Counted from the first letter of the stretch, positions 21,922 to 31,713 are shown. The stretch is DNA of 64,000 bases from Spirochaetia bacterium (GCA_965203055.1 OZ241863.1:4128001-4192000), one strand, 5' to 3'. Translations and numbers: made by a program. The notes: generated from the sequence alone by a model not told the origin.

Positions 21922-22635
21922 ATGGCAAGTTCAATCAGCGCTCCGCCGGCGCCGGCGGCAGCGATAGACTACCCCAGTTCGGACGGCAAGCCGATGGCGG
22001 AAAGCGATACCCAGCGGAGACCCCTGACGTACGCCGTCGAATGCCTCGGGTACTACTTCCGCAACCACCCCGAGGTGTACGTGTCCGGCAACCTGCTGAT
22101 CTACTACGAGGAAGGGACGCTGGCGAGGGTGGCGCCGGACGTGTTCGTGGTGTTCGGGGCGGGCAATGAAGACCGCTCGTCGTACTTGCTGTGGAAGGAG
22201 GCGAAGGCGCCCGATTTCGTGCTGGAGATCGCCTCGCCGGGGACGTGGCGGGACGATCAGGACAAGAAGCGGGAGTTGTACCGCCGGCTGGGGGTGGGGG
22301 AGTACTGGCAGTACGATCCGACGCGGAACTACCTGGAACCGCCGCTGCTGGGGTTGGAGTTGGTGAGGGGAGCGTACGAGCCGCTGCCGCGGTGGGAGTT
22401 GGCGGACGGGAGGTTGGCGGCACGGAGCGAAGTGCTGGGACTGGAGTTGCGGGTGGCAGGCCGGCGGTTGAGGTTCTACGATCCGCGGACCGGAGAGGAG
22501 CTGCGGGACTTGGCGGAGGCCGAAGACGGACGCCGAGAGGCGGAGGCTCGCGTGGAGCAGGAAGCGGCCGCTCGCCAAGCGGCCGAAGCGCGGCTGGCCG
22601 AACTCGAAGCATTACTACGCAGCAGGTCCGACTGA
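21922..22635 (+). CDS. Uma2 family (PD-(D/E)xK) endonuclease
   Basis: YPSSDGKPMAES, VAPDVFVV, PDFVLEIASP, LGVGEYWQYDP and an acidic/Ala coiled-coil tail. Confidence 0.9.
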   Translation: MASSISAPPAPAAAIDYPSSDGKPMAESDTQRRPLTYAVECLGYYFRNHPEVYVSGNLLIYYEEGTLARVAPDVFVVFGAGNEDRSSYLLWKEAKAPDFVLEIASPGTWRDDQDKKRELYRRLGVGEYWQYDPTRNYLEPPLLGLELVRGAYEPLPRWELADGRLAARSEVLGLELRVAGRRLRFYDPRTGEELRDLAEAEDGRREAEARVEQEAAARQAAEARLAELEALLRSRSD

Positions 22636-22872
22636 CGCACCTGCGCGCCCTCTGACTGACTGGGCGCACTACGAGTACCGCGCTACGCTCATTTCCACCG
22701 CCGGCGCCCCCCTCCTCGACTACGAGATCGACGAGGCCGCCAGGGCGTAAGAAGAAACCCTGCCGCCCGACGCCGGCGACATTCTCGGCAGTAGCATCTG
22801 ACGGAACGCCCAGCCGCTTGGAAATGCGCAGCCGAGTCACGCCCGCAGGTGCCATCTTCCGGGCCGAAGAAC

Positions 22873-22901
22873 TTGACTCAAATAGTTTCCATGATTATAC
22901 T
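22873..22901 (+). promoter_or_regulatory. Near-consensus sigma70 promoter, probably leaderless HNH transcript
   Basis: TTGACT (22873-22878), 17 bp spacer, TATACT (22896-22901). In-frame ATG at 22908. Confidence 0.75.
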
Positions 22902-22907
22902 TATGTC

Positions 22908-24185
22908 ATGTACAATCATGCTTCCGACGGAGCCGTCACCTCTACCGTATCCGCCCTCTCAGACGACCGCTTGCTGGCGCGAACCAAGGAACTTTCCGGC
23001 ATCGAACACCACCTCGAAGTGGTCGTCATCGACCACCTGCGCGAGATTCAGAAGCGCCGTCTGTATCTGCGCCGCGGGTTCTCGAGCCTGTTCGATTACG
23101 CGGTGCGCGAACTGGGTTACAGCGACGCCGCGGCGTGGCGGCGCATCAAGGCGATGCGGCTCTGCGCGGACGTCGACGGCGTGCGGGAGCGCCTGCAGAA
23201 TGGCTCGATGACGCTGAACGCGGCCGCGCAGTTGCAGCATGCGTTCGACCGGCAGGAGCGCAAGAAGGAGCGGGCGGCGCGTAGCGCGCCGGGCAGGACC
23301 GGATGCGGGGCTGCCGCTCAGTCGCAGGAGGGCTCGGCGGCGCCGCGGCCGGCGGAGCGGAAGCCGGCGACGGAGCCGGTGCTGGACTCGGAGGCGCGGC
23401 GGGAGCTGGTGGAGCAGGCGTCCGGCAAGAGCAGCCGGGAGGTGATGCAGTTGCTGGCCGAGGTGGACCCGGAGCTGGCGGCGCCGGCGGATCGGGCGCG
23501 GCCCCTGGGCGGCGGGCGCTGGGAACTCAAGGCGGTGATCGACGATGAGTGCCGGGAGGGCTTGGAGCGGCTCAAGGGCCTCCTGTCCCACGTCGATCCG
23601 CACCTGACGATGGGGCAGCTCATGGGGCGGCTGGTGCGGGAAGGGCTCGACCGCCACGATCCGGCCCGGCCGCCGCGCGGGCGGCGCGCCGCGCCGGCCA
23701 TAGGCGCCGAGCAAACTTCGGCGGCGAAGGTATCGGCTCAGGCGCCGGCGCAGCCGGGAGACCAAGCCGCTGACCGCCCGGACACTTCGGCAGCGAAGCC
23801 GGCTGGCGACGCAACTTCGGCGCCGAAGACGCGGCGCCCCGGCCGGCAGGCTGCGGCGGCGGGCGCGGCGCGGGCTGCGCCGCCGGCGCGGACCGAAACT
23901 TCGGCAGCGAAGACGGGCGTGACCGGCCGCGCCATCCCGGCGGCGGTCAAGCGCGAGATCTGGCGGCGCGACCGGGGCCGCTGCCGCTACGTGGACCGCG
24001 CCAGCGGGCGCCGCTGCGGCTCCCAACACCTGCTGCAGATCGATCACGTGGTGCCGTATGCCCGCGGCGGCGCCGCCGAGCCGAACAATCTCCGCCTGCT
24101 GTGCGCCGCCCATCACCGCTACCGCCACGTCGGCGCCGGATTCGACCGCCCCGGCGAGGATGGTCAGGCGCCGGTAGACCGGTGA
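22908..24185 (+). CDS. HNH endonuclease with long helical N-terminal domain
   Basis: C-terminal CRYVD...RCGSQHLLQIDHVVPYARGG...NLRLLCAAHH. N-terminal HLREIQKRRLYLRRGFSSLFDYA is typical of dispersed multi-copy HNH genes. Confidence 0.88.
   Translation: MYNHASDGAVTSTVSALSDDRLLARTKELSGIEHHLEVVVIDHLREIQKRRLYLRRGFSSLFDYAVRELGYSDAAAWRRIKAMRLCADVDGVRERLQNGSMTLNAAAQLQHAFDRQERKKERAARSAPGRTGCGAAAQSQEGSAAPRPAERKPATEPVLDSEARRELVEQASGKSSREVMQLLAEVDPELAAPADRARPLGGGRWELKAVIDDECREGLERLKGLLSHVDPHLTMGQLMGRLVREGLDRHDPARPPRGRRAAPAIGAEQTSAAKVSAQAPAQPGDQAADRPDTSAAKPAGDATSAPKTRRPGRQAAAAGAARAAPPARTETSAAKTGVTGRAIPAAVKREIWRRDRGRCRYVDRASGRRCGSQHLLQIDHVVPYARGGAAEPNNLRLLCAAHHRYRHVGAGFDRPGEDGQAPVDR
23716..23912. repeat. 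Four copies of a 14-bp (near-)palindrome CTTCGGC(A/G)(G/C)CGAAG inside the HNH gene
   Basis: Copies at 23716-23729, 23785-23798, 23815-23828 (perfect palindrome CTTCGGCGCCGAAG) and 23899-23912. Each is preceded by A and encodes TSA(A/P)K. Confidence 0.85.
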
Positions 24186-24354
24186 TCAAAGATCGCCGAG
24201 AACGTCATCTTACACTGGGACTGGGACTTGGGCTTGGCCGCCAAGCGGCCTGACGCTTACCTACCTACTACTACATTTTGGAAATGCGCCCGACTGACTG
24301 ACTGACTGAAGCGATTGACAGGGGCGGCGGCGATGGTACACGTTGAGGACACCC

Positions 24355-24439
24355 GCTGCGGTGGTGGAATTGGTAGACACGCTAGCTTGAGGGGCTAGTG
24401 GGCGTTTAGCCCGTGAAGGTTCAAGTCCTTTCCGCAGCA
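24355..24439 (+). tRNA. tRNA-Leu(GAG)
   Basis: Acceptor GCTGCGG/CCGCAGC, D-loop GGAATTGGTAGAC, anticodon stem CTAGC/GCTAG with loop TTGAGGG, long variable arm and GGTTCAAGTCC T-arm. CCA is not encoded. TTGACA lies at 24315-24320 upstream. Confidence 0.97.
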
Positions 24440-24465
24440 ACCCGCAGACAGTCCTGGGAGGACCG

Positions 24466-25374
24466 TTGCTCTTAGCCGAATTGAAAGACGTGGCGCCGCG
24501 TGCGGTGTGGGAACATGAGGCGCGAGACTTCACTCCGTGGCTGGCGGAGAACCTGGAGCGGCTCTCGCAAGCGATCGGGATTCCGCTGGAGCTTGAGGGC
24601 ACCGAAGTTCAAGTCGAGCAATTTGCGGCGGACATCGTCGCCGTAGATCCCGAGGACGGCAGCCGCGTGCTGATCGAGAACCAGTTGGCAGCCTCTGATC
24701 ATGACCATCTGGGCAAGATCCTCACCTACCTTGCCGGCGTACAGGCGCAGACCGTGGTCTGGGTCGCGCCGCGCTTCGAGGAGGCGCACCGGTCGGCCGT
24801 GCGCTGGCTGAACGACCACACGGTTGAGCCGTTCGCGTTCTTTGCGGTGCGCGTGCGGGTAGTGCAGATCGCCGACTCCCAGCGGGCGCTGCTGTTCGAG
24901 GTTCTGGAGCATCCCAGCGCGTGGGACCGGCGCGTGCGCGCGACGGTCGACCGGCCGCGTAGCGAGCGGACGAAGTTCCGGCGGGAGTTCTGGACCTTCT
25001 ATGCGGAGCGGCATCCGGATGACGGGGTACCGGCCGACAACCTGACGAGCTCGGTCTGGATCCCGGTCGAAGCCGCCGAGCTGAACCTTGCTCCGTACTT
25101 GACGAAGCGCAGCGTCGGAGTGTGCGTGCGAGGTGGCCGTAGGGAGTCGCCGGAAGCGGTCTACCAACGGTTCCGACCCTGGGAGGCCGAGCTACGCGAC
25201 CAGCTTCAGGCCAGAAACCATATCGCAGACCAGGGCAGGTACGCTTACAGTTCGTACGCCTGCGATACCAGCGAGCGCGCCAACTGGCCTGCCATGGCCG
25301 ATTGGCTGCACACCAAGATCACCGAATACCGCCAAGTCCTGGAAACCGACCCGGCGCCGCCGGCCGCTGACTGA
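24466..25374 (+). CDS. DUF4268-type protein with restriction-endonuclease-like N-terminus
   Basis: VWEHEARDFTPWL, ADIVA...VLIENQL, DHDHLGKILTY, FW motif in the C-terminal domain. Confidence 0.75.
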   Translation: MLLAELKDVAPRAVWEHEARDFTPWLAENLERLSQAIGIPLELEGTEVQVEQFAADIVAVDPEDGSRVLIENQLAASDHDHLGKILTYLAGVQAQTVVWVAPRFEEAHRSAVRWLNDHTVEPFAFFAVRVRVVQIADSQRALLFEVLEHPSAWDRRVRATVDRPRSERTKFRREFWTFYAERHPDDGVPADNLTSSVWIPVEAAELNLAPYLTKRSVGVCVRGGRRESPEAVYQRFRPWEAELRDQLQARNHIADQGRYAYSSYACDTSERANWPAMADWLHTKITEYRQVLETDPAPPAAD

Positions 25375-25389
25375 CCGGTCCGCGCTAGG

Positions 25390-26352
25390 CTAGGGGATCA
25401 GCAGAAGTTTGCCGGTGGTGGCGCGGCTGGCGAGGGCTTCGTGCGCGGCGCCGGCCTCGGCGAGGGGATACTCGCGGTGGATCAGTACGTCCAGTTCACC
25501 GGCCGCCATCCAGGCGAACAGGTCGCGGCAGCGGGCGAGCAGTTCATCCCGGTCCGCGATGTAATCCCCCAGCGTCGGCCGGGTCAGGTAGAGTGAGCCA
25601 CCCTGCCCCAGCCGGGCCGGCTGGAAGTCGGTGACCGGGCCGCTGGACTGCCCGTAGCTCACCAGGCAGCCGCGGCGGCCGAGCGCGGCCAGCGAACCGT
25701 CGAAGGTGGCTTGGCCCACTGAGTCGTAGACCACGTCGACGCCGGCGCCGCCGGTGAGGCGCGCGGTCGCAGCGGGAAAATCGGCGTACTCGAGCACGTG
25801 GTCGGCGCCCAGCGCGCGCACCATCGCTTCTTTGGCGGCGGTGGATACGGTCGCCAGCACGGTGGCGCCGCGGCGCTTGGCGACCTGCACCAGCAGGCGC
25901 CCCACGCCCCCGGCGGCGGCGTGGATCAGGGCCGTGCTGCCGGCCTCGAGCGGCAGCGTACTGGTCGCCAGGTAATGGGCGGTGAGGCCCTGCAGGAACA
26001 CGGCCGCCCCCAGCCTGGTGGACACCGCCGCCGGCAGCTCCACCGCCGCCGCCGCCGGGACGACGGCGTACTCGGCGTAGGAACCGACGTTCATGGCGTA
26101 GGCCACCCGCGCGCCGGCAGAGACTTCGGTCACGCCCTCGCCGACGGCATCGACTACGCCGGCGCCCTCCATCCCGGGAGTGAACGGCAGCTCCAAGGGA
26201 TACAGGCCGGTGCGCTGGTAGATGTCGATGTAGTTGACGCCGGCCGCCTCGATTCTGATACGGACTTCGCCCGCGCCGGGATCGGGGGCGGGCAGCTCGG
26301 CCATGCCGAGCGCTTCGGGACCGCCGGGGCGGGTAACCTGGATCGCGCGCAT
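25390..26352 (-). CDS. qor: NADPH:quinone oxidoreductase (zeta-crystallin/MDR family)
   Basis: [48 protein letters not shown]. Confidence 0.92.
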   Translation of the reverse strand: MRAIQVTRPGGPEALGMAELPAPDPGAGEVRIRIEAAGVNYIDIYQRTGLYPLELPFTPGMEGAGVVDAVGEGVTEVSAGARVAYAMNVGSYAEYAVVPAAAAVELPAAVSTRLGAAVFLQGLTAHYLATSTLPLEAGSTALIHAAAGGVGRLLVQVAKRRGATVLATVSTAAKEAMVRALGADHVLEYADFPAATARLTGGAGVDVVYDSVGQATFDGSLAALGRRGCLVSYGQSSGPVTDFQPARLGQGGSLYLTRPTLGDYIADRDELLARCRDLFAWMAAGELDVLIHREYPLAEAGAAHEALASRATTGKLLLIP

Positions 26353-26400
26353 CAATCTCCCTCCTGCTGGCGAATCGCTACTACGCCGGCGCAAGACACG

Positions 26401-27057
26401 TCAAGCTGGTGGGGCCTCCTCCGCTTCCTCCCCTTCCCCAGTGTAGAACGCGGTCGTGCGCCGGGCCGCGGCGCGCGCCGCGGCGGGATCGGTGCCGGCG
26501 GCGACCGCCGCTTGCCCCCACCGGTCGCTGCTGCCGGTGATGAACGCCTTGCCGTCCCGTGAAGCGGCGAACGCGGCATCGTCCGGCTTCGGCGCGTCCG
26601 GCTGCGCGAGGTGGAGCGCGAGTCCCAACAAGCCCATCTCCCAGCCAACGCCGGCCGCACCCGGCCCGTACTGGTTCCAGTGCTCCGAAAGGTGCGTGGT
26701 GTGCGTGAGCGCAAGCCGCGCGCGGCTTGCGCCGGCGGCCGAGAAACTCACCTCCAACCAACTGACGTCCCCGCCGAACTCCCACGTGAGCGCGAGACGT
26801 GACCGCGGTTCGCACGCCGAAATCACGCCGCCCGCGTTGCCTTCCAACTGATAGCGGCCGCCAGGTTCGAGATTGCCGCTGAGCGGCAGAAACCAGCGTG
26901 GAATGCGCTCGCGGTTGGTGACGGCGTCCCACAAGTCGTCGACCGTCGTCGCGTAGCCGCGGGCAAGAGTGATCGCGCGGGCGGGCCGCCCGTCACGCTC
27001 CGGCGACGCCGCGGAGCGCAGCACTGCGCCGAGGTGGCCTTCGACGTCAAAGTCCAT
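26401..27057 (-). CDS. SRPBCC (AHSA1-like) family protein
   Basis: VDDLWDAVTNRERIPRWF, GGRYQLEGNAGG, GPGAAGVGWE. Confidence 0.85.
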   Translation of the reverse strand: MDFDVEGHLGAVLRSAASPERDGRPARAITLARGYATTVDDLWDAVTNRERIPRWFLPLSGNLEPGGRYQLEGNAGGVISACEPRSRLALTWEFGGDVSWLEVSFSAAGASRARLALTHTTHLSEHWNQYGPGAAGVGWEMGLLGLALHLAQPDAPKPDDAAFAASRDGKAFITGSSDRWGQAAVAAGTDPAAARAAARRTTAFYTGEGEEAEEAPPA

Positions 27058-27072
27058 GGGTCCTCCCGTGTT

Positions 27073-29859
27073 TCAAGAGTCCTCGATCCTTACCCTGCCG
27101 GACAGGCCGAGGTCTTGCAAGGCTTGCCGCATCTCGGTTTCCAGGTTCGGGGCGGACTGCGCGTCGACGGTTACCGACAGTTCGATGCCGACGCTCAGCT
27201 CCTTGCCGGACCGGAGCTTCGGCAGCAGCCGGGTTCCCAGCCGGTTCCAGACTTCGGGCGGCACGGTGCCGGCCAGCCGCAGGGTCGTGTCGGCCGCGCC
27301 GGCGGGGCGCCGGGGGGGCGGTCCGGGCGGCGCGGGCTGCGGATCGGGCCGGGGTTCGGGGTCCGGTTTCGGGGCCGGCCCGGGTTGCGGCGGCGGGCAC
27401 GGACGGTCGGGGCCGGGGCGGAGCGTTTCGGCCGCGGCCTTGGTGAGCAGGAAGACGTCGGCTTCGAAGGCCACTTCCTCACGGGCGACCGGCTCCGCGT
27501 ACCAGAGCCGTTGGAAGCTGCCGTCCTCGCGGCGGCCGGAGGCGAGGCCGAAGGCGCCGTTCGCGACGAACGCGACGATCTGCCGGCGCAGGACCGCGTC
27601 CGTATCGAGCAGCCGCGTCAGGGTGCCGTTGAGGAAACTCTGGCGCAGGCCGGTGAGCGGCCACGCCCCGGCCTCCCGCAGCGCCGGCGGCCAGTTGCGG
27701 TCGAGGTAACCGGCGCCCACCGACTCGTTCAGCAGCGCCTCCGCCTGCAACACGTTGATCACCCGGGCGCACAGCGTATCGCCGGCGCTGGCGTGGCCGG
27801 CGCCGAGATCGATCACCTTGAGGCCGCGCCGCTGCCGGCCGTCGGCCAGCGCCACGAAGCGGTAGCCGGCCCACACCTCCTCCCGAGCCGCGGCGCGCGC
27901 TTCGGCGACCTGGGCGCGGACGCCGGCGCGTTCCGCGCGGTCATACTCGGCGCCCAGGACGCCCTCGTCCAACTCGTGCGCCACGCGCTGCCAGGCGAGC
28001 CACAGCTCGACCGCGCGGCGCAGCTCGCGGCCCGGCTTGCGCGCGCACCAGACCAGCGAGCCGGGGTACAGCCGCGGCGAGCCGCCCCGTTCGCGGGTCC
28101 AGCGGCCGGTGCGCTCGACGATGCCGTCGCCCTCCGTCCACTCCTCGTCGGGGTCCAGCACGACCAGCGCCAGGCGCGGCGAATCCGCAAGCGCGGCGCT
28201 CTCCTCCGGAAAGAACGCCACCGGCAGCGCCGCGCCGATCTTGAACTCGTCGGCGACCAGCTTGCGCAGCGCCGGTCTGATCTCGGTCTCCTCGTCGAGC
28301 GACGCGCGCCGGTCGCTGACCACTTTCTTCAGGGTCGCCTGATGGTGGATGCGGTAGCCGTCGGTGCCCACCTTGCGCAGGAAGAAGCCGGCCCCTTCCA
28401 GGGCGCCGGCGGCGTTGTCGATGGTGGTCGTTTCCAGGTCGGGCTCGCCGAGCGCGAAGCGCAGCTCCGGCAGGTGGGCCACCTTGTCGACCTGCCCGCC
28501 GGACGACTCGAACAGGATGGCGGCGCCGGCGCGGCGGTGGATGTCGCGCAGCGCCCCGGCGGAGTCAGCGTCGAGCGCCCGCGCATGCGCCAGCGGCCCG
28601 GCCAGGTCGGCGTCGATCGCCGCGTCGAGCCGGTTCTCGCCCAGTTGGCCCAGGAGCACGGCGCGGAACTCCGGGACCTCCAGCGGCGCCGATCCCAGCG
28701 TGATCAGCGGCTCGGTGCGCGCCTTGCGGAACTGCTCGCGCGCGGCCCACGAGACCCACTGCGCCAGCATGGCCAGCGCGCCGCGCGTCTGCTGGAACTG
28801 GGCGAGCGCCCGCCACTTGCGTTGAAAGACCGACAGCGTCGCCGGATGGAACGGATAGCAGGCTGCGAACCGGCTCCGCAGAAACTCCCGCGCCCGGGAT
28901 TCGGTCGCCGCGGTGTCGACCGCCAGCCATTCGGGCGGCAGCCGCGCGGACCGCTCGAAGCACCATTCGGCATAGGTCTTGGCGACCTTCTTGCGGACCC
29001 GCTCGCCGCCCAGGTCCTCGAACAGCCGCCGGCGCACCACCTCGCTGATCTCCGATTCGTCGTTGGCGATCAGGTCGCGGGCGACGCGCCGCACCACCTT
29101 GGTGATCCGGTCCTGCCACTGCTGGTCCCAATCGGTCATCTCCACCTGGCTGCGCGGCAGGCTCACGACCGCGGCCGCGCCGGCGGTGCCGGTGACCGCC
29201 ACCGTCAGGTTCTGCAGGAAGGCGTGGAAGGGCTCGGCCAGGCCGCGGTGGCGGTTGACGAAGTTGAGCACCTCGTCGAACAGCAGCAGCACCGGCGCCC
29301 GCGCGGCGGCGAACAGGCGCGCCAGCGCCTCGGTTCCCGGCGGCGCAGTGTGGGCCGCGGCGCCGAGCGCGGCCACCCCCCGGTCGCCGGCAAGCTGGCG
29401 CGCCAGATCGATCCAGGGCGTCTCCCGCCCGGGCGTGGGGTCCCAGGCGTTGCCCACGAATACGCCGGCGCGGGCCGCGGGAATCTCCGCCAACCCGGCC
29501 GCGCGCAGCAGCCCGGCCACCCCGGAGAACCCCGCGGCCGCCTGCCCGGTGTTGGCGAGGTGGTACAGCGCGGTGAGGGTATGCGTCTTGCCGCCGCCGA
29601 ACTGGGTGATGAGAGTAAGGACCGGCGCGGTATTCCCGCTCCTGCCGGCCAGCCGCCGCAGCACCATCCCGGCGTGCTCCCGCAACGCGCGCGTGAAGCA
29701 GGTGCGGGCGAAGAACTGCGCCGGATCGCGGTAGTCCTCCGGCGCCGTGCCGGCGACCACCTGCTCCAGCGCGATGGCAAACTCGTCCGGGCTGAACGAC
29801 CGCCCCTCCCGCACTTCCTTGCGCAGCGTAACGACCCGATACCAGGGTTCCAGAGCCAT
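27073..29859 (-). CDS. DUF499 family AAA+ ATPase (BREX/restriction-like system)
   Basis: PWYRVVTLRKEV, FFARTCFT, Walker A TQFGGGKTHTL, Walker B LLLFDEV, YPFHP, FQQTRGAL. Confidence 0.88.
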   Translation of the reverse strand: MALEPWYRVVTLRKEVREGRSFSPDEFAIALEQVVAGTAPEDYRDPAQFFARTCFTRALREHAGMVLRRLAGRSGNTAPVLTLITQFGGGKTHTLTALYHLANTGQAAAGFSGVAGLLRAAGLAEIPAARAGVFVGNAWDPTPGRETPWIDLARQLAGDRGVAALGAAAHTAPPGTEALARLFAAARAPVLLLFDEVLNFVNRHRGLAEPFHAFLQNLTVAVTGTAGAAAVVSLPRSQVEMTDWDQQWQDRITKVVRRVARDLIANDESEISEVVRRRLFEDLGGERVRKKVAKTYAEWCFERSARLPPEWLAVDTAATESRAREFLRSRFAACYPFHPATLSVFQRKWRALAQFQQTRGALAMLAQWVSWAAREQFRKARTEPLITLGSAPLEVPEFRAVLLGQLGENRLDAAIDADLAGPLAHARALDADSAGALRDIHRRAGAAILFESSGGQVDKVAHLPELRFALGEPDLETTTIDNAAGALEGAGFFLRKVGTDGYRIHHQATLKKVVSDRRASLDEETEIRPALRKLVADEFKIGAALPVAFFPEESAALADSPRLALVVLDPDEEWTEGDGIVERTGRWTRERGGSPRLYPGSLVWCARKPGRELRRAVELWLAWQRVAHELDEGVLGAEYDRAERAGVRAQVAEARAAAREEVWAGYRFVALADGRQRRGLKVIDLGAGHASAGDTLCARVINVLQAEALLNESVGAGYLDRNWPPALREAGAWPLTGLRQSFLNGTLTRLLDTDAVLRRQIVAFVANGAFGLASGRREDGSFQRLWYAEPVAREEVAFEADVFLLTKAAAETLRPGPDRPCPPPQPGPAPKPDPEPRPDPQPAPPGPPPRRPAGAADTTLRLAGTVPPEVWNRLGTRLLPKLRSGKELSVGIELSVTVDAQSAPNLETEMRQALQDLGLSGRVRIEDS

Positions 29860-29870
29860 GTTCCCAGTCC

Positions 29871-30479
29871 TTATCGTGTTGCGCGACGCCGCAGTGTGGC
29901 GCGCAAGTCGTCGAGGAACGCCTTGAGGGAGGAATCGTTCCTGCCGGCCCGGTAGAGGTCCATGGATTCTACCAGCTCCGGCGCGAACTCCACCCCTCCG
30001 AGGGCGACCGGGTGGCCGCCCTGTGAAATCGCGGATATCAGGATCTTCTTGTAATGGTCACGGGCGCACTTCCGGGTGCCAACGTCCGGGCGATGGCCCA
30101 CGATACTCTCGAACGACTGAGGGTCCGCAACGTACCATCGTTCCACGTGTGGATCGGGACACGCGACGACGAGCCGGTCACGCAACGATGGCTCCGCGGC
30201 GTCGCGCAAGCGCTTCCGTGCATCTACGAACGTTGAGCAGTTGCCGTCGATGGCGACCACCACCAGATCGGCGGGAGTGCTGCTCGATCCGCTCTGCGCC
30301 GCGAAACGCTGGTAGAGCTTGAATTCAGTGACCGCTCGTCCGTGCCCGCCGGTCGCGGAACGTACGCGCGGCCATACGTCGATGTTCTCTTCTCGAGCGA
30401 GCCGCGTCAGCAGCGGCTTGACGAACTCCTCGTGAGCACGGTCTTCGACGAAGATGTCCACCACGAACGGGTCACTCAT
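29871..30479 (-). CDS. DUF4276-like (TOPRIM-like) protein, partner of ABC ATPase
   Basis: IFVEDRAHE, VVVAIDGN, VERWYVADP, SLKAFLDDL. Start overlaps the ATPase stop. Confidence 0.65.
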   Translation of the reverse strand: MSDPFVVDIFVEDRAHEEFVKPLLTRLAREENIDVWPRVRSATGGHGRAVTEFKLYQRFAAQSGSSSTPADLVVVAIDGNCSTFVDARKRLRDAAEPSLRDRLVVACPDPHVERWYVADPQSFESIVGHRPDVGTRKCARDHYKKILISAISQGGHPVALGGVEFAPELVESMDLYRAGRNDSSLKAFLDDLRATLRRRATR

Positions 30480-31713
30480 CTATGAACCCGCGCAGGGCCA
30501 GGCTTTCGAACATGCCGTCTTCCGCCCGGCTGGCGAGGGCGCGGACGATCTCCGCATCCTTGAACAGTGCACCGGATACGTCGAAGGGCTCGATTACGGT
30601 CCCGTGCGAAGCGAGGCGAACATTGAACAGCCCGACGTCACTTGGATCGGACAGCTCGTGCTTCAACTTCAGAATCGCATCGGCAAACAACGGGGAGTGG
30701 GTGGTGACGACGATCTGGCGTCGTTCGGCCAGCGAGATTAGAAGCCGAGCGATCAGTTCGATCCGCCGCGGATGAACGCCGTTCTCCGGCTCCTCCAGGG
30801 TCAGCAGAGAACCGCTCCAGGGATTCAACGCGACCGTGCACAGCGCGAGCACTCGGAGCGTACCTTCCGACAAGACGCGCGAGGAGTATTCGACTCCTGC
30901 CTGGCGGATCATCAGATTCAACGTACCGCGCCGCTGGTCCAGATCGACGCTCAGCGATTCGATGCTCGGTACGATCGAGCGCACGGCGCGCGAGACGGCA
31001 TCGAAATGCTTGCGGCGCTCGGCGCGGAGCTTGTAGAGGAACGCGGCGACGTACTCTCCGTGAATGCCGATGTCGAACACGTCCGCCGGCGACTGTTCCG
31101 CGCGCATCCCCATCCGCGGCTCGAAGTAGTAGGTGCGCCAGTTCAGCAGTTCCGTCCGAGTGTGCTCCAGCCAGGGATACCCGGCGCCGCTCAGGCTTTG
31201 ATCGGACAGGATGGAGTGATTCTGGCCGACCGGCTCCTGCCGCGGGTGCGCCGGTTTCCCCTTGCGGCGGATGTGGAGGTTGGCGCCTACCCGTTCGATG
31301 GCAGCCGTTCCCCTGGGTTGGCCGGTAGCGCCCAGTTGGGCCAGATATTCGTCGGCAACGCTCAGGTGACCCGATCTGAAGTCCATCTCCGGCTCGATGC
31401 GATAGCGGTAGCAGCCCTTCTCCGCGGTGAGATCGGCCTCCAACGTGAATCTGGCAGACCCTCTTTCCAGCAGCGCCGGCAGCCCGTCGGGACCGATGGA
31501 GAAGGCTTCGAAGGAGTATCCGCGAACCGGCAGCGGACCGCCAAGCGCGTCATACAAAGTGCGCGCGTTACCCATCCAAGAGAGGGCCTGGACGGCGTCC
31601 AGCAGATTGCTCTTGCCCACGGCATTGGGCCCGAACAGCACGGCCAGCCGCGGCAGATCGACGGTGACGTCGCGCAGCGACTTGAAGCCGCGGACGGTCA
31701 ATCGGTTGAGCAT
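30472..31713 (-). CDS. ABC-type (AAA_21-like) ATPase
   Basis: GFKS, Walker A GPNAVGKSN, signature LSEGT, Walker B LEEPENGVHP, H-loop TTHSP. Confidence 0.9.
   Translation of the reverse strand: MLNRLTVRGFKSLRDVTVDLPRLAVLFGPNAVGKSNLLDAVQALSWMGNARTLYDALGGPLPVRGYSFEAFSIGPDGLPALLERGSARFTLEADLTAEKGCYRYRIEPEMDFRSGHLSVADEYLAQLGATGQPRGTAAIERVGANLHIRRKGKPAHPRQEPVGQNHSILSDQSLSGAGYPWLEHTRTELLNWRTYYFEPRMGMRAEQSPADVFDIGIHGEYVAAFLYKLRAERRKHFDAVSRAVRSIVPSIESLSVDLDQRRGTLNLMIRQAGVEYSSRVLSEGTLRVLALCTVALNPWSGSLLTLEEPENGVHPRRIELIARLLISLAERRQIVVTTHSPLFADAILKLKHELSDPSDVGLFNVRLASHGTVIEPFDVSGALFKDAEIVRALASRAEDGMFESLALRGFIDE

Larger units (their letters stand above)
22818..24289. repeat. 12-bp direct repeat TTGGAAATGCGC flanking the HNH gene
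   Basis: Identical copies at 22818-22829 and 24278-24289. Confidence 0.7.

Noticed and set aside
22665..22750. Coding-like fragment HYEYRATLISTAGAPLLDYEIDEAARA* between Uma2 and HNH
   Set aside because: No start codon and no recognisable family; possibly a gene remnant but cannot be supported.
23716..23912. Palindromic repeats as a possible mini-CRISPR array
   Set aside because: Repeats are only 14-15 bp, irregularly spaced and in-frame within a gene, with no cas genes in the window.
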